Shown piece by piece: positions 1 to 8,777 of a DNA stretch of 53,841 nt. The stretch covers positions 1-53,841 of IMG/VR virus record IMGVR_UViG_3300011339_000955. One strand, written 5' to 3'. Below the pieces are notes generated by a model. That model was not told the origin of the DNA. It worked only from the letters and a program-made list of their open reading frames with translations, and did not search any database. A program made the position numbers and the translations under genes. Positions within the stretch are counted from its first letter, which is position 1. Each line of letters begins with the position of its first letter. The stretch is from a virus (lineage: Duplodnaviria > Caudoviricetes).

Positions 1-200
1 CAAGGTACGCAAGGTACTCAAGGTATCCAAGGTGTCCAAGGCATTCAAGGCACTAGTATTCAAGGTATTCAGGGTGCGGCGGGTAATGTTCAAGGTATCC
101 AAGGCCTACAAGGTACCCAGGGTATTCAAGGTATAAGTGTTCAGGGTATTCAGGGGACAGCTGGCAGTGTCCAAGGTACCCAGGGGATTCAAGGTAATAG
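1..200 (+). repeat. 9-bp-period coding repeat (CAAGGTAYN-like), collagen tract 1
   Basis: caaggtacg caaggtact caaggtatc caaggtgtc... encoding Q-G-X. Confidence 0.9.
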
Positions 201-2034
201 CGGTGTTTCGGGCTATAGTTCCGGTATTTTAGGTAGATGGAAAGTATCTAACAATGCACCACCCCCAAGTCCTAATTCACATCATTTAATCTATAGTAAT
301 TTTGCAGCACAGACAAGCTCTACTACTCTATATTTTGACCATGTTGAATTCGGTGGTCTTGATGTAGAAACTTTTCTTGGACTTATACAGCCAAACGATA
401 CAGTACTGGTGCAAGATTTTGCCGTTAACCAAAATTACCAAAAGTTTACTGTAAATAGCGCTGTTACTCAAGTAGATGGTAACTATGTTATTATACCTAT
501 TACATTTGTATCATCTGGTGGGTCAGGAACTACAGGATTTTCCAATAACCAGGAAATATTACTTTATGTATCATCTATTGGACCTACGGGCCCACAAGGT
601 ACTCAAGGTACTCAAGGTATAAGCGTTCAGGGTACTCAAGGCGTTCAGGGTACTCAAGGTATACAAGGTATGCAAGGCGTTCAGGGTACGCAAGGCATAA
701 GCATACAAGGTGCTCAAGGTATCCAAGGTACACAAGGTATCCAAGGTATCCAAGGTATCCAAGGTATACAAGTCCAAGGTACGCAAGGTATCCAAGGTAC
801 GCAGGGTATCCAAGGTACGCAAGGTATGCAAGGTACGCAAGGTATCCAAGGTACGCAAGGTATTCAAGGTACGCAAGGTATCCAAGGTACGCAAGGTCTA
901 CAGGGTACTCAAGGCATAAGTGTCCAAGGTACTCAAGGTATTCAAGGTACGCAAGGTCTACAGGGTACTCAAGGCATACAAGTCCAAGGTATACAAGGCA
1001 TTCAAGGGCCTTCAGGCAGTGGCGGCGGCGGTGGCGGCGGGGGTATGACGTTCTCGACTCAAACTGCAAACTTCTCAGCAGTTACGCAAAATGGATACGC
1101 TTGTGACACTAGTGCAGGTGGTTTTACAGCAACGCTACCAGCTGCTCCTGCTGCAAATGAGGTAATAAACTTCCATGACCCTAAAGGTACTTGGGGTACG
1201 AATAATTTAATTATTAATAGAAATACTAATAATATACGAAATTTAGCAGAAGATCTAACTTGTAACGTTAATTTTGGCTCTTTTAGCTTAACATTTATAG
1301 TAGGCTATGGTTGGGTATTCCAAGATTTATCCACAAGCACAGTTGGGATAGGGGCACAAGGTATCCAGGGCCTAGCGGGTAGCACTCAAGGTATCCAAGG
1401 TGTCCAAGGCATCACAGGTACTCAACCTATTGTTTTAGAGGGATTTTTACCACACGACAATGCAATTGGAGTAGTTGGACAAGTAGGTAATAATACTATT
1501 TACCTTCAACCTATGCAGTTTCGTAATGATGTAGCTTTTGATAAAATTGCATTCCCTGTTCAATTTACAGGAGCTACTAACTCTACGGGAACTTTAGGTC
1601 TAACTTTAGACATAGGTTTTTATAAAACAACTACGGGCTCTGCGTATACTTCAACGTATATGACAAGATTTTTATCCACAGTAGTACATAGTGGTACTGC
1701 AAATAGTGTTTCACATTTTGGTCCAAGGGTTGTAACATTTGGTTGGACAACTACACTTCCTGCAGATAACTATTTTGTAGCCTTTAGGTCCTCTACAAGC
1801 AGTGGTGGTGGTAACGTTAACATCTCCAATTTACTAGTTTCTCAACTTAACTCTGCTTTTTCTGGTCGCTTGGGTGTTGCAAGTAACGCTTCATTTAAAG
1901 TTACACAAGGGATGGGCGTATACCAAACTACTTCTTCTACGCTTGGAGTTTCTATAGCGATGAGCGGTATAAGAGGTATATCATCCAATGATATTAGACG
2001 TCCAATAATTATGTTCGAAAGAGGTGACCAATAA
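1..2034 (+). CDS. Collagen-like fibre protein, 5'-truncated by the window edge
   Basis: Frame 1 is open from base 1 (QGTQGTQGIQG...), so the GTG at 409 is not the true start. Three Gly-X-Gln tracts alternate with beta-rich globular segments; TAA overlaps the next ATG (TAATG). Confidence 0.8.
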   Translation, partial: QGTQGTQGIQGVQGIQGTSIQGIQGAAGNVQGIQGLQGTQGIQGISVQGIQGTAGSVQGTQGIQGNSGVSGYSSGILGRWKVSNNAPPPSPNSHHLIYSNFAAQTSSTTLYFDHVEFGGLDVETFLGLIQPNDTVLVQDFAVNQNYQKFTVNSAVTQVDGNYVIIPITFVSSGGSGTTGFSNNQEILLYVSSIGPTGPQGTQGTQGISVQGTQGVQGTQGIQGMQGVQGTQGISIQGAQGIQGTQGIQGIQGIQGIQVQGTQGIQGTQGIQGTQGMQGTQGIQGTQGIQGTQGIQGTQGLQGTQGISVQGTQGIQGTQGLQGTQGIQVQGIQGIQGPSGSGGGGGGGGMTFSTQTANFSAVTQNGYACDTSAGGFTATLPAAPAANEVINFHDPKGTWGTNNLIINRNTNNIRNLAEDLTCNVNFGSFSLTFIVGYGWVFQDLSTSTVGIGAQGIQGLAGSTQGIQGVQGITGTQPIVLEGFLPHDNAIGVVGQVGNNTIYLQPMQFRNDVAFDKIAFPVQFTGATNSTGTLGLTLDIGFYKTTTGSAYTSTYMTRFLSTVVHSGTANSVSHFGPRVVTFGWTTTLPADNYFVAFRSSTSSGGGNVNISNLLVSQLNSAFSGRLGVASNASFKVTQGMGVYQTTSSTLGVSIAMSGIRGISSNDIRRPIIMFERGDQ
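580..1044 (+). repeat. 9-bp-period coding repeat, collagen tract 2, followed by a poly-Gly (GGC/GGT) run
   Basis: Long (G-T/I-Q)n run with G-I-S-V-Q type interruptions, ending GPSGSGGGGGGGG. Confidence 0.9.
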
Positions 2035-2765
2035 TGTATAGTACACACGATACCCACACTAAGCCAGAATTACTTGGTGTTGGTGTTGGTAGGCATAATG
2101 AATCCATCAAAGACTCCTTCCATAGAATTATGGAAGGAGCTACTTGGAAAAACCAAAGAGTTATAGTAATTATGCCAGCGGCTTATGATATTCCTACAAA
2201 GGTAGCTTTAAGTCACTGGGGCCTAATATTTCCACCTAATCAACCAAATTATAAAATACTTGCTTTAGGGCAAGAGGTAGGAGATGCCTACAACAATGCA
2301 ATTGAGCAAATTATAGGTCACCCAGAGTTATCTCAATGGGAATATATTCTCACACTAGAACACGATAATACACCGCCTCCAGAAGGGGTAGTGCAGCTAA
2401 TTAAACAGATGGACGCACACCCTGAATACTCGTGTATTGGTGGTCTATACTGGACCAAAGGAGAGGGTGGAGTACCTCAAATTTGGGGAGATCCTAAAGA
2501 TCCTATCCTAAACTTCCGGCCGCAGCCGCCAATTCCAGGAGAATTAGTAGAGTGCTGTGGAACTGGTATGGGATTTAATCTTTGGCGTACATCAGTGTTT
2601 AAAACATTGCCAAAACCTTGGTTTGTAACTAAGTGTGACAAAGATGGTATGGGAACGCAAGATTTAACATTCTGGCAAGAGGCCAGAAAACATGGGCATC
2701 GCTGTGCCATTGATTGCAGCGTGCTAGTGGGTCATTATGATAAAGCGACAGGAATAAACTGGTGA
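2034..2765 (+). CDS. Glycosyltransferase, GT-A/GT2-like
   Basis: VIVIMPA beta strand, YILTLEHDN (DxD-equivalent), GTGMGFNLW and GTQDLTFWQEARKHG..IDCSVLVGH, the typical C-terminal pattern of phage GT2-like proteins. Confidence 0.75.
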   Translation: MYSTHDTHTKPELLGVGVGRHNESIKDSFHRIMEGATWKNQRVIVIMPAAYDIPTKVALSHWGLIFPPNQPNYKILALGQEVGDAYNNAIEQIIGHPELSQWEYILTLEHDNTPPPEGVVQLIKQMDAHPEYSCIGGLYWTKGEGGVPQIWGDPKDPILNFRPQPPIPGELVECCGTGMGFNLWRTSVFKTLPKPWFVTKCDKDGMGTQDLTFWQEARKHGHRCAIDCSVLVGHYDKATGINW

Positions 2766-3289
2766 AAATAGATATTGGATGTGGGCCTAATAAAAAACAA
2801 GGTTTTACTGGTATTGATGCTATTGCCTTTCCGGGAGTAGATTACGTATGTAAGGTAGGAGTTGAAAAACTGCCTTTTCCAGACAACTTTATTGAAGAGG
2901 CGCATACTTCTCACTTTGTAGAGCACTTGACCCAAGAACAACGTATTCAGTTCGTAAACGAACTATACCGCGTGCTTAAGCCCGGCGCCAAAGCTACAAT
3001 TATATGCCCATATTGGGCGTCTGGTAGAGCTTACGGGGACCTAACGCATCAGTGGCCCCCAGTAACAGATTTTTGGTTCTACTACTTAGGTAAAGAGTGG
3101 CGTATGGCTAATGCACCACACAATGACATTAGCAACTGGGCAGAGGGATATTCCTGCGACTTTAGCGCTACATGGGGCTATGTACTACATGGGAACATAG
3201 TTACTAGAAACACAGAATATCAAGAGTTTGCAGCCACCTTTTATAAGGAAGCTATTCAGGATATACACGCAACCCTGACTAAACTATAA
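2762..3289 (+). CDS. Class I SAM-dependent methyltransferase (type 11-like)
   Basis: Motif I IDIGCG, LPFPDN, HFVEHL, ELYRVLKPG; GTGA overlap with the upstream gene. Confidence 0.88.
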   Translation: MKIDIGCGPNKKQGFTGIDAIAFPGVDYVCKVGVEKLPFPDNFIEEAHTSHFVEHLTQEQRIQFVNELYRVLKPGAKATIICPYWASGRAYGDLTHQWPPVTDFWFYYLGKEWRMANAPHNDISNWAEGYSCDFSATWGYVLHGNIVTRNTEYQEFAATFYKEAIQDIHATLTKL

Positions 3290-3296
3290 GGTAATT

Positions 3297-3677
3297 ATGG
3301 CTAATTTATCAGATTTTATAAGTTTATTTACTGGAATATTTTCGCAAAAAGTAACCGCAGACGCTGGTTTTGCTCTTAGCTCGGGCTCGATAAATACCCA
3401 AGCAGGAACTACATATACATTACAAGCTGCTGATAATGGAGAAGTACTAGTTTTTACTAATGCTGGATCAGTAGCAGTAACAGTGCCTGCAGGATTAGCC
3501 GTAGGTTTTAGTTGCACGATTATACAAGTTGGAACAGGCCAAGTAAGTTTAACTGCTAGTGGCACAACATTAAGACTAATAGGCGCAGCTAATAAAACTG
3601 CGGCACAGTATGCAGTTATGACAGTATTTAGCCACGTAGCTAACGAATTTATAGTTGGTGGAAATGTGAGCATCTAA
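3297..3677 (+). CDS. Hypothetical virion/fibre-associated protein
   Basis: AAGGT SD. Thr/Ala/Gly-rich sequence TYTLQAADNG...VTVPAGL..GF...IIQVGTGQV resembles phage fibre domains. Confidence 0.6.
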   Translation: MANLSDFISLFTGIFSQKVTADAGFALSSGSINTQAGTTYTLQAADNGEVLVFTNAGSVAVTVPAGLAVGFSCTIIQVGTGQVSLTASGTTLRLIGAANKTAAQYAVMTVFSHVANEFIVGGNVSI

Positions 3678-4402
3678 TGTTGTTACCGGCGTTAAATGGA
3701 TTTAGTTCTAGTATAAAAAGGGTACGCTTAGATAGTGTTGGTTCTCATATAGCTACAGTATCTGGTTTTACAGTAACTATAGATGGCATAATAGATAACT
3801 TACCTTCTAAACCTAATTCTATGCTATTGCTATGGGTAGGACATAGATCTCCACCAGCTAACGGAAGTGGTCGTAATGATATTACGGGAGTAACTAGAAA
3901 TGGTACAGGACTTACACAGGGTCAAGCACCGATAGGCGTAAATACTGACCAAAGGTTTAGCTTATGGCGTATATTAAACCCAACAAGTACAGACGGTGTA
4001 GGTGTAGTTGTTAGCTACGATGCGGCTAGAGATGCGCTTGCTGCTAATAGTAGATTATGCCTTGTTTGGGCTTACTTGTATAATGTAAACCAAACAGTAC
4101 CACTTAATGCTGCCGTTACCGCTAGAAGTGCAGCAGTTAACCCATCCCTAACAGCTAACCCTCTTTCCGGAAATATAGATAGGTACCCAATTGCAGCTGT
4201 TTTTGGCTCTGATACTGATGGAGGAGTAAACTGGACATCATCGGCAGGACAAACTAGATTACATACAAGCCTTACTAATGACATAGTAGGTGCTGCTATT
4301 GACACTAGAACACCAGATACAACAACAAACTTTACAATTACCGGACAAATTACTAACCCAACTGACGCAATGATAATATCTGTAAATGTAAACCCTGCTT
4401 AA
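3677..4402 (+). CDS. Hypothetical beta-rich virion-like protein
   Basis: TAATG-coupled to the upstream gene; 241 aa, rich in Thr/Ser/Asn/Gly. Confidence 0.55.
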   Translation: MLLPALNGFSSSIKRVRLDSVGSHIATVSGFTVTIDGIIDNLPSKPNSMLLLWVGHRSPPANGSGRNDITGVTRNGTGLTQGQAPIGVNTDQRFSLWRILNPTSTDGVGVVVSYDAARDALAANSRLCLVWAYLYNVNQTVPLNAAVTARSAAVNPSLTANPLSGNIDRYPIAAVFGSDTDGGVNWTSSAGQTRLHTSLTNDIVGAAIDTRTPDTTTNFTITGQITNPTDAMIISVNVNPA

Positions 4403-4410
4403 GGAGCACA

Positions 4411-5385
4411 ATGAACTTAGCGGAACTAACACTAAACCACGGAGGGATAATTAAACAGCTCATACTCCCCAGTAATGAAACTGGAGGTATGGGGGTTACA
4501 AATCCCTCTGTTTTCGTTGATAATAACGACAAAATTTATGTAAATATTAGAGCATTAAATTATATTCTATACCATAGCGAGAGTCAATCTTTCTATCACT
4601 TATATGGCCCTTTACAGTACGTACACCCAGAAGCAGATAATCATCTTCGCACATTTAATTGGTTTGCAGAATTAGATGATAACTTAAATATTAAATGGGT
4701 TACAAAAATAGATTTTTCCGGGCTAGATCAACCACCTATGTGGGATTTTGTAGGTCTAGAAGATGGTAGAGTTATAAAAGTAAAAGATAAATTTTATCTA
4801 TGTGGCGTTCGTAGAGATACAACCCCAAACGGTCAAGGACGTATGGAGCTGTCTGAAATAGACGTTCAAGAAAACTCTGTAGTAGAAGTAAGTAGGCAAC
4901 GAATACCTGCTCCAGCAGGGGATATTAGCTATTGCGAGAAAAACTGGGCACCTGTATTAGGCAAAGAAGATTTTGAGTTTGTTAAATGGCACCACCCAGT
5001 AGACGTAGTAAAGTACGAAAATGGCGTTACTAGCCAAGTAGCTATGCATGAATCGCCCTTTTTCTTTGGGGCAGACCTTCGTGGTAGCTCCCAGGTTATA
5101 CCATTTAATGGCGGGTACTTAAGTGTTGTTCATGAGGTTTATCTGTTCAATAGCGAACTTGGAAGTAAAAATGCTAGGTATAGGCACAGATTTGTGCATT
5201 ATGATAAGGATTTAAGAGTAGTTCATGTATCAAAAGCATTTTCTTTTATGGATGCTGAGATAGAGTTTTGTTGCGGGTTAGCTCAAAAAGGTGAAGACTT
5301 ACTCATTAGTTTTGGTTTTCAGGATAATAGCGCATTTATATTAAAAATGCCACAACATTTGGTGAAGCATGCAAGCGTTAATTGA
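4411..5385 (+). CDS. Five-bladed beta-propeller glycoside hydrolase/phosphorylase-like protein (GH130-like)
   Basis: Strong AAGGAG SD; ordered motifs NPS, GLEDGR, EKNW, RGSS and IEFCCGL. Confidence 0.7.
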   Translation: MNLAELTLNHGGIIKQLILPSNETGGMGVTNPSVFVDNNDKIYVNIRALNYILYHSESQSFYHLYGPLQYVHPEADNHLRTFNWFAELDDNLNIKWVTKIDFSGLDQPPMWDFVGLEDGRVIKVKDKFYLCGVRRDTTPNGQGRMELSEIDVQENSVVEVSRQRIPAPAGDISYCEKNWAPVLGKEDFEFVKWHHPVDVVKYENGVTSQVAMHESPFFFGADLRGSSQVIPFNGGYLSVVHEVYLFNSELGSKNARYRHRFVHYDKDLRVVHVSKAFSFMDAEIEFCCGLAQKGEDLLISFGFQDNSAFILKMPQHLVKHASVN

Positions 5386-6610
5386 ACAATATGTTAAAAA
5401 TCCTAACTCTTCCACTCTTAATATAGAGCTTGCTGGAGAATACGAAAAAATAGGACAGTTAGCCTCAGGGGTAACACACTATCTAAAGGCCGCAGACTAC
5501 TCGATAAACGATAAAGCAAACCAATATCTAGCTCTAAGCGGAGCTGCTAGGTGCTTTCGTAAGGCTGGTGGTAGAGAAGGCACAGTTGAGGGGCTATTAA
5601 AAAGATGCGTAACATTAGAGCCAAAACTATCAGATCCTTACTTAGAGTTATCCACATTTTATGAAGCTAAGAAAGATTGGTTTAGTTCTTATATGATGGC
5701 TAGCCTGGGTCTTTCTAACGCTACTGACTTTAGTTATAAATTACTATTTCAAAAAGCAGTAGCAGCGTGGTGGATTGGTAATGCAGAAGAAGCTAGGCAA
5801 ATAATTTTTTGTTTATATAAACAACGCGATAAAATGGAGCCCTACTTCTATGATCTAATGGATAGAAACTTATATGGGGTTGGCGAACCTTATGAGTACC
5901 TTAGGTATCACAAAGAAGATATTGCTGCTGCTAAACGTACTTTTCCAGGCATGGAAAATATAGAAAGTAACTATTCACAGTGCTATCAAGACTTGTTTCC
6001 ACTACTAATAACTAATGGAGCAAAAGGCGGATTTTATCTAGAAATTGGTAGTAGCGATCCAATAAGACATAATAATACTTACTTATTAGAAAAAGATTTT
6101 GACTGGAAAGGCATTTCGATAGACATAGATTTTTCTCATACTCAAAAGTTTAGAGCTATTAGGAAAAATGAATGTTTACAGGTAGATGCAACTACTCTTG
6201 ACTATAAGAGTATGCTTGACTCTCGTAATGCGCCTAAAATGATAGATTACCTACAAATTGATGTAGATCCTCCGCAAGATCTCTCTTTAACGGTTTTAAA
6301 AAGAATTCCTTTTGATGACTATCAGTTTAGAGTTATAACCTTTGAGCATAATACCTTTGAGACCGACCCGAAGGTTAGGTTAGAGTCTAGGCAAATAATA
6401 ATGTCTAAAGGCTATACATTAGTTGTTTCCGATGTTGCTCCTAGGGTTAATAAACCTTTTGAAGATTGGTACGTACATAATAGTGTATTTGTTGAGCCTT
6501 CAAACTTTGACTTAACTCCAGGATCTAAAACAGCAAGAAGTTATTTCTTTGACGAAGATAAACTAGAAAAATTATTCTTGACTAGGGCCAAAAATTGGTA
6601 TACACTGTAA
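5369..6610 (+). CDS. TPR-like N-terminal domain fused to an FkbM-family methyltransferase
   Basis: Helical Ala/Tyr-rich repeats in the N-terminal ~170 aa. C-terminal YSQCYQD..GFYLEIG..HNNTYLLE..WKGISID..IDYLQIDVD..ITFEH..FEDWY matches the FkbM pattern. Confidence 0.75.
   Translation: MQALIEQYVKNPNSSTLNIELAGEYEKIGQLASGVTHYLKAADYSINDKANQYLALSGAARCFRKAGGREGTVEGLLKRCVTLEPKLSDPYLELSTFYEAKKDWFSSYMMASLGLSNATDFSYKLLFQKAVAAWWIGNAEEARQIIFCLYKQRDKMEPYFYDLMDRNLYGVGEPYEYLRYHKEDIAAAKRTFPGMENIESNYSQCYQDLFPLLITNGAKGGFYLEIGSSDPIRHNNTYLLEKDFDWKGISIDIDFSHTQKFRAIRKNECLQVDATTLDYKSMLDSRNAPKMIDYLQIDVDPPQDLSLTVLKRIPFDDYQFRVITFEHNTFETDPKVRLESRQIIMSKGYTLVVSDVAPRVNKPFEDWYVHNSVFVEPSNFDLTPGSKTARSYFFDEDKLEKLFLTRAKNWYTL
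6578..6606 (+). promoter_or_regulatory. Sigma70-type promoter
   Basis: TTGACT(6578-83)-N17-TACACT(6601-06) with an A-rich UP tract upstream. Confidence 0.75.
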
Positions 6611-6698
6611 AAATGTAAAGTAAAATATGCTTGCCTTTTACATTTTTATACCTGGCGGCGTAAATGAAAGAGCTTTCATAAACCTGCTTGGAGATATA

Positions 6699-6965
6699 AT
6701 GAATAAAGAAAAAGCAAGAAAAGAAATAAAAGAAGCTGGTGATGCGGTCGTTACTTACCGGGGAGAAAACTCTGGAAAGCAAAAATATAACGTAGTTACA
6801 CTAAATTTTAACACTCCATATATAAAAGAAAGACGAACCCACGCAGTAGAGGGGGATGACTCACTTCTAGTATGGTCATGGGATACAGACTCTTTTAGGC
6901 TGGTAAAAGTTAATTTAATTACTTCTATCGTTCCACTAGCGTCCGTGCTAAAAAATCATGTATGA
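6699..6965 (+). CDS. Conserved T5-like hypothetical protein upstream of the PC4-like gene
   Basis: Start moved from 6627 to the ATG at 6699, which has a GGAGA SD; its position before the PC4-like gene and ligase is T5-like. Confidence 0.65.
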   Translation: MNKEKARKEIKEAGDAVVTYRGENSGKQKYNVVTLNFNTPYIKERRTHAVEGDDSLLVWSWDTDSFRLVKVNLITSIVPLASVLKNHV

Positions 6966-7245
6966 TAAATTAATCTATGAAACAGAAGAGTTTCAACTTA
7001 GAGTAACCGTAAACGTTTTTAACGATGTAGAGTACTTCCACTTTAGAAAGTACTATATGGATTTTGAGGGTATTTGGGTGCCCTCAAAAGACGGCTTATC
7101 TATGCCTCTAGATTTAGATAATATAACACAATTGTTTATAGCTATATTAGAGATACTATCTCTGGGCGAGAGCAAAAATGCTATACAAAAACACTTTAGC
7201 GAGCTGTTGAAAGACATTTACACCCAAGACTCTGTCATAGAATAG
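6958..7245 (+). CDS. PC4/p15-like ssDNA-binding protein
   Basis: LRVTVNVFNDVEYFHFRKYY..GIWVPSKDGLSM matches the PC4 signature. Confidence 0.8.
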   Translation: MYDKLIYETEEFQLRVTVNVFNDVEYFHFRKYYMDFEGIWVPSKDGLSMPLDLDNITQLFIAILEILSLGESKNAIQKHFSELLKDIYTQDSVIE

Positions 7246-7257
7246 AAAAAATACTTC

Positions 7258-7286
7258 TTGATTTCTAAGTAAGAGCGTGCTATATT
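7258..7286 (+). promoter_or_regulatory. Sigma70-type promoter, probably producing a leaderless ligase mRNA
   Basis: TTGATT-N17-TATATT with TG extension and an A-tract; the ATG at 7293 is only 6 nt after the -10 and has no SD. Confidence 0.65.
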
Positions 7287-7292
7287 ATAACA

Positions 7293-8243
7293 ATGATAAA
7301 TGATTTTTTAGATAAAGCAAGCAAGGCTTACTATGAGGGAACCCCTATCATTAGTGATGAGGAGTTTGATCAACTTGCTAAAAATTATAAGTACAATAAA
7401 GTAGGTGCAGCCGCTGTAAAAGGCGAGCTGCACTATTTTCGTATGTACAGTCTTCAGAAAGTACACTACGGGCAAGAAAGCGAAGCCCCTCACTTTGAGG
7501 AACCTTACCAAACGGTAAAGCTTGATGGCGCAGCTATTGCCTTAACGTACTTTTGTAACCCAGGAGAAGAAACTTTTGCACTGCATAAGATTCTTACCAG
7601 AGGTGATGGCATTCGGGGGTTAGACGTAACTGATAAGCTACGGCACCTCGTGCCAAATATAGTGGTTTTACCGACTAAAGCAGTGATGGTACAAATTAAT
7701 GCAGAATTGGTAGCCCCTAGCACTATTGAAAACGCTAGAAACTATGCTGCAGGTGCAATGAACCTTAAAAGCGTAGACGAAGTAAAAACCAGAAATTTAA
7801 CCATCGTAGCGCACGACTGCTTGCCAGAGCTAGCAGAAACGTACTACGATACATTAGGAGCACTGTGGCATGCAGGATTCAAAACAGCCAAAGCCGGCGA
7901 TATCTCCCGCTTCCCAACGGACGGGTTTGTTATTAGAGAAAATAGATACTCAGTATACAGAAATGCTGGGTATACAGCAAGACATCCTAAAGGAGCTTAT
8001 GCTCTTAAACCAAAACCTAGCGCAGTTACAACAAAACTTGTTGCAGTCGACTGGCAAGTCGGTAGAACAGGCGTTGTATCCCCAGTCGCCATATTGGAGC
8101 CCGTTCTCGTGGGAGATGCAGTCGTATCGCGAGCTACCCTCCACAATATGGAATACATTCGCGCCTTGGGGCTCGAAATCGGATGCTCAGTAGAAATTAT
8201 TCGTTCCGGGGAAATCATACCTAGGGTAGTAAGGAAAGTGTGA
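7293..8243 (+). CDS. ligA: NAD+-dependent DNA ligase, N-terminal subunit (Ia, adenylation and OB domains)
   Basis: AYYEG.PIISDEEFD, KLDG, TRGDG, NARNYAAG, DG, WQVGRTG, RATLHN, RSGEIIP. Confidence 0.95.
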   Translation: MINDFLDKASKAYYEGTPIISDEEFDQLAKNYKYNKVGAAAVKGELHYFRMYSLQKVHYGQESEAPHFEEPYQTVKLDGAAIALTYFCNPGEETFALHKILTRGDGIRGLDVTDKLRHLVPNIVVLPTKAVMVQINAELVAPSTIENARNYAAGAMNLKSVDEVKTRNLTIVAHDCLPELAETYYDTLGALWHAGFKTAKAGDISRFPTDGFVIRENRYSVYRNAGYTARHPKGAYALKPKPSAVTTKLVAVDWQVGRTGVVSPVAILEPVLVGDAVVSRATLHNMEYIRALGLEIGCSVEIIRSGEIIPRVVRKV

Positions 8244-8593
8244 GCTATAATTTAACTGCCTTTAAGAATAATCCTACCCTAGCCAAAAGCTCGGGAACCC
8301 TTTACGTTCTTGTTCTAGTAAATACAAAGACAGGGCTTAGAGAGTGTATAAAAATAGGCATTACTAAAGGTAGTTCTTATAAAGCTGTAAACATCCGAGC
8401 AAAAGGCTTTGGTATCTATGAACACCGAGTTCAAAAAATTGTAAGAGGGACACTTCTTTATGTTTATGAGCTAGAGCAACGTTTACACGAACAGTTTAAA
8501 GAGCATAGGTATATCCCCGAAAAGTTTGGTGGACATACAGAATGTTTTGACCTCAGTATACTAAAGGATGTATTAGATGAAATTAGACGCTAA
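8240..8593 (+). CDS. GIY-YIG-like (T5orf172/MUG113-type) endonuclease
   Basis: GTLYVL..IKIGIT..R..ELEQRLH..GHTECF pattern. Confidence 0.7.
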   Translation: MSYNLTAFKNNPTLAKSSGTLYVLVLVNTKTGLRECIKIGITKGSSYKAVNIRAKGFGIYEHRVQKIVRGTLLYVYELEQRLHEQFKEHRYIPEKFGGHTECFDLSILKDVLDEIRR

Positions 8594-8777
8594 ATTAGAA
8601 AAGAAATTATTGACCGTAGAGTATGATGACGAGGGACAAGAAGCCCTTATTAAGGCTGGAATCTTCTCAGGTGTTTGGAAGGCTATAGATTCTGATAGAA
8701 TTGGTCAGCTAGAGCAAGAAGTTGCGGATCTTAAAAGAAAGAATCGCAAACTTAGAAGAAAGTTACGTGAAAAATAA
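8577..8777 (+). CDS. Hypothetical protein with a C-terminal coiled coil
   Basis: AAGGA SD; 66 aa, ending LEQEVADLKRKNRKLRRKL. Confidence 0.6.
   Translation: MKLDAKLEKKLLTVEYDDEGQEALIKAGIFSGVWKAIDSDRIGQLEQEVADLKRKNRKLRRKLREK

Noticed and set aside
571-1069. Repetitive ORFs 571..894 (-), 584..1069 (-) and 710..919 (+)
   Set aside because: They are shadow frames of the 9-bp collagen repeat, with no SD or independent coding signal.
1-1425. Repeat array as a possible CRISPR array or origin iterons
   Set aside because: The units are contiguous 9-mers varying at codon positions within an open frame, and there are no spacers.
7870-8193. 107-aa same-strand alternative-frame ORF inside the ligase gene
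   Set aside because: Fully nested in a conserved gene, with no SD or recognisable motif.
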